DNA from: Candidatus Fervidifonticultor secundus | Lineage (GTDB): Bacteria; Sysuimicrobiota; Sysuimicrobiia; Sysuimicrobiales; Humicultoraceae | Length of the DNA: 15,701 nt | Assembly: GCA_031459385.1 (NCBI GenBank) | Contig: JAVKIP010000035.1 | Coordinates: forward strand, 1 to 15,701 | Direction: 5' to 3' | Shown: positions 15,240 through 15,701 of the stretch, one piece after another | Numbering within the stretch: position 1 is the first letter of the stretch | Layout: every line of letters starts with the position of its first letter | The notes under the pieces: generated by a model | The model's input: only the letters and a program-made list of their open reading frames with translations | Databases searched by the model: none | Told to the model about the DNA's origin: nothing | Translations under genes and position numbers: made by a program

Positions 15240-15701
15240 ATGACCGGCGAATCTGACAGGCCCGCGTCCGAACAGACCCGGGAGGAGAAGCTGGCGGCGA
15301 TCAGGGCCCGAGCCGAAGCCCTGCGAGCGGCAAAGGCTGCGGCCGGCGCCACATCGGCCGGTGCGGCCACGCCGGGAGCGGCCGCACGCCCCGCGCCGGG
15401 GGGGCCCGCGGCGGCACCCACGGTCGAGGTGCCGGTCTCTTCGCTCAACCCCGGCGGCAGGCCCGCCACGCCGCCGCAGTCAACGAAGATCGAAGCGTAC
15501 GGCACGATCAACCAGAGCGTGGAACTCAGGGCCGACCCCGGCGAGGCCGAAAACCTCAAGAAGCTGCTCGGCGGCCTGGGTGCCTACCAGAATCCGCTGC
15601 GCGCCGGCGTCTGGCAGGTTGACTATCGCTACTACGCCGAAGCGCGCCGGCGCCTGGAGGCCGCGGGATACACTGTGACCGAGCAGGACTATCTGGACCG
15701 G
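15240..15701 (+). CDS. Hypothetical protein, 3' end outside the window
   Basis: Not in the ORF track (no stop). GGAGG RBS; frame open to the window end: [36 protein letters not shown](Ala/Pro/Gly linker)[74 protein letters not shown]-rich third codon positions. Confidence 0.85.
   Translation, partial: MTGESDRPASEQTREEKLAAIRARAEALRAAKAAAGATSAGAATPGAAARPAPGGPAAAPTVEVPVSSLNPGGRPATPPQSTKIEAYGTINQSVELRADPGEAENLKKLLGGLGAYQNPLRAGVWQVDYRYYAEARRRLEAAGYTVTEQDYLDR

Noticed and set aside
1..15701. CRISPR arrays, tRNA/rRNA, IS elements, integrases, defence genes
   Set aside because: No repeat-spacer periodicity, no intergenic room for structured RNA genes, and no transposase or integrase motifs seen.

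Overview
High-GC bacterial window. Almost all of it (1..15071) is one minus-strand run of tightly packed, mostly translationally coupled genes. In transcription order: gdhA, tgt, yajC, an HD-domain hydrolase, a GT2 glycosyltransferase / BshB1-like deacetylase / BshC-like ligase trio, cytochrome c maturation genes ccmABCDE + small membrane peptide + ccmF + CcmI-N-like protein, an exported beta-sandwich membrane protein, then a dihaem cytochrome c lipoprotein, a Rieske protein and a cytochrome b that runs off the left edge. A divergent hypothetical gene with a clear sigma70-type promoter runs off the right edge. Two things stand out. First, the cytochrome b (missing from the ORF track, translated by hand) keeps both haem bL histidines but lacks both haem bH histidines, has a much-shortened Qi-side loop and has SDWY in place of PEWY, so it should not be able to run a normal Q-cycle. 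Second, a bacillithiol-like trio has a GT2 enzyme in place of BshA and a highly divergent BshC-like protein, and is coupled to a ccm cluster that shows no ccmG or ccmH. No rRNA, tRNA, CRISPR array or mobile element was seen.
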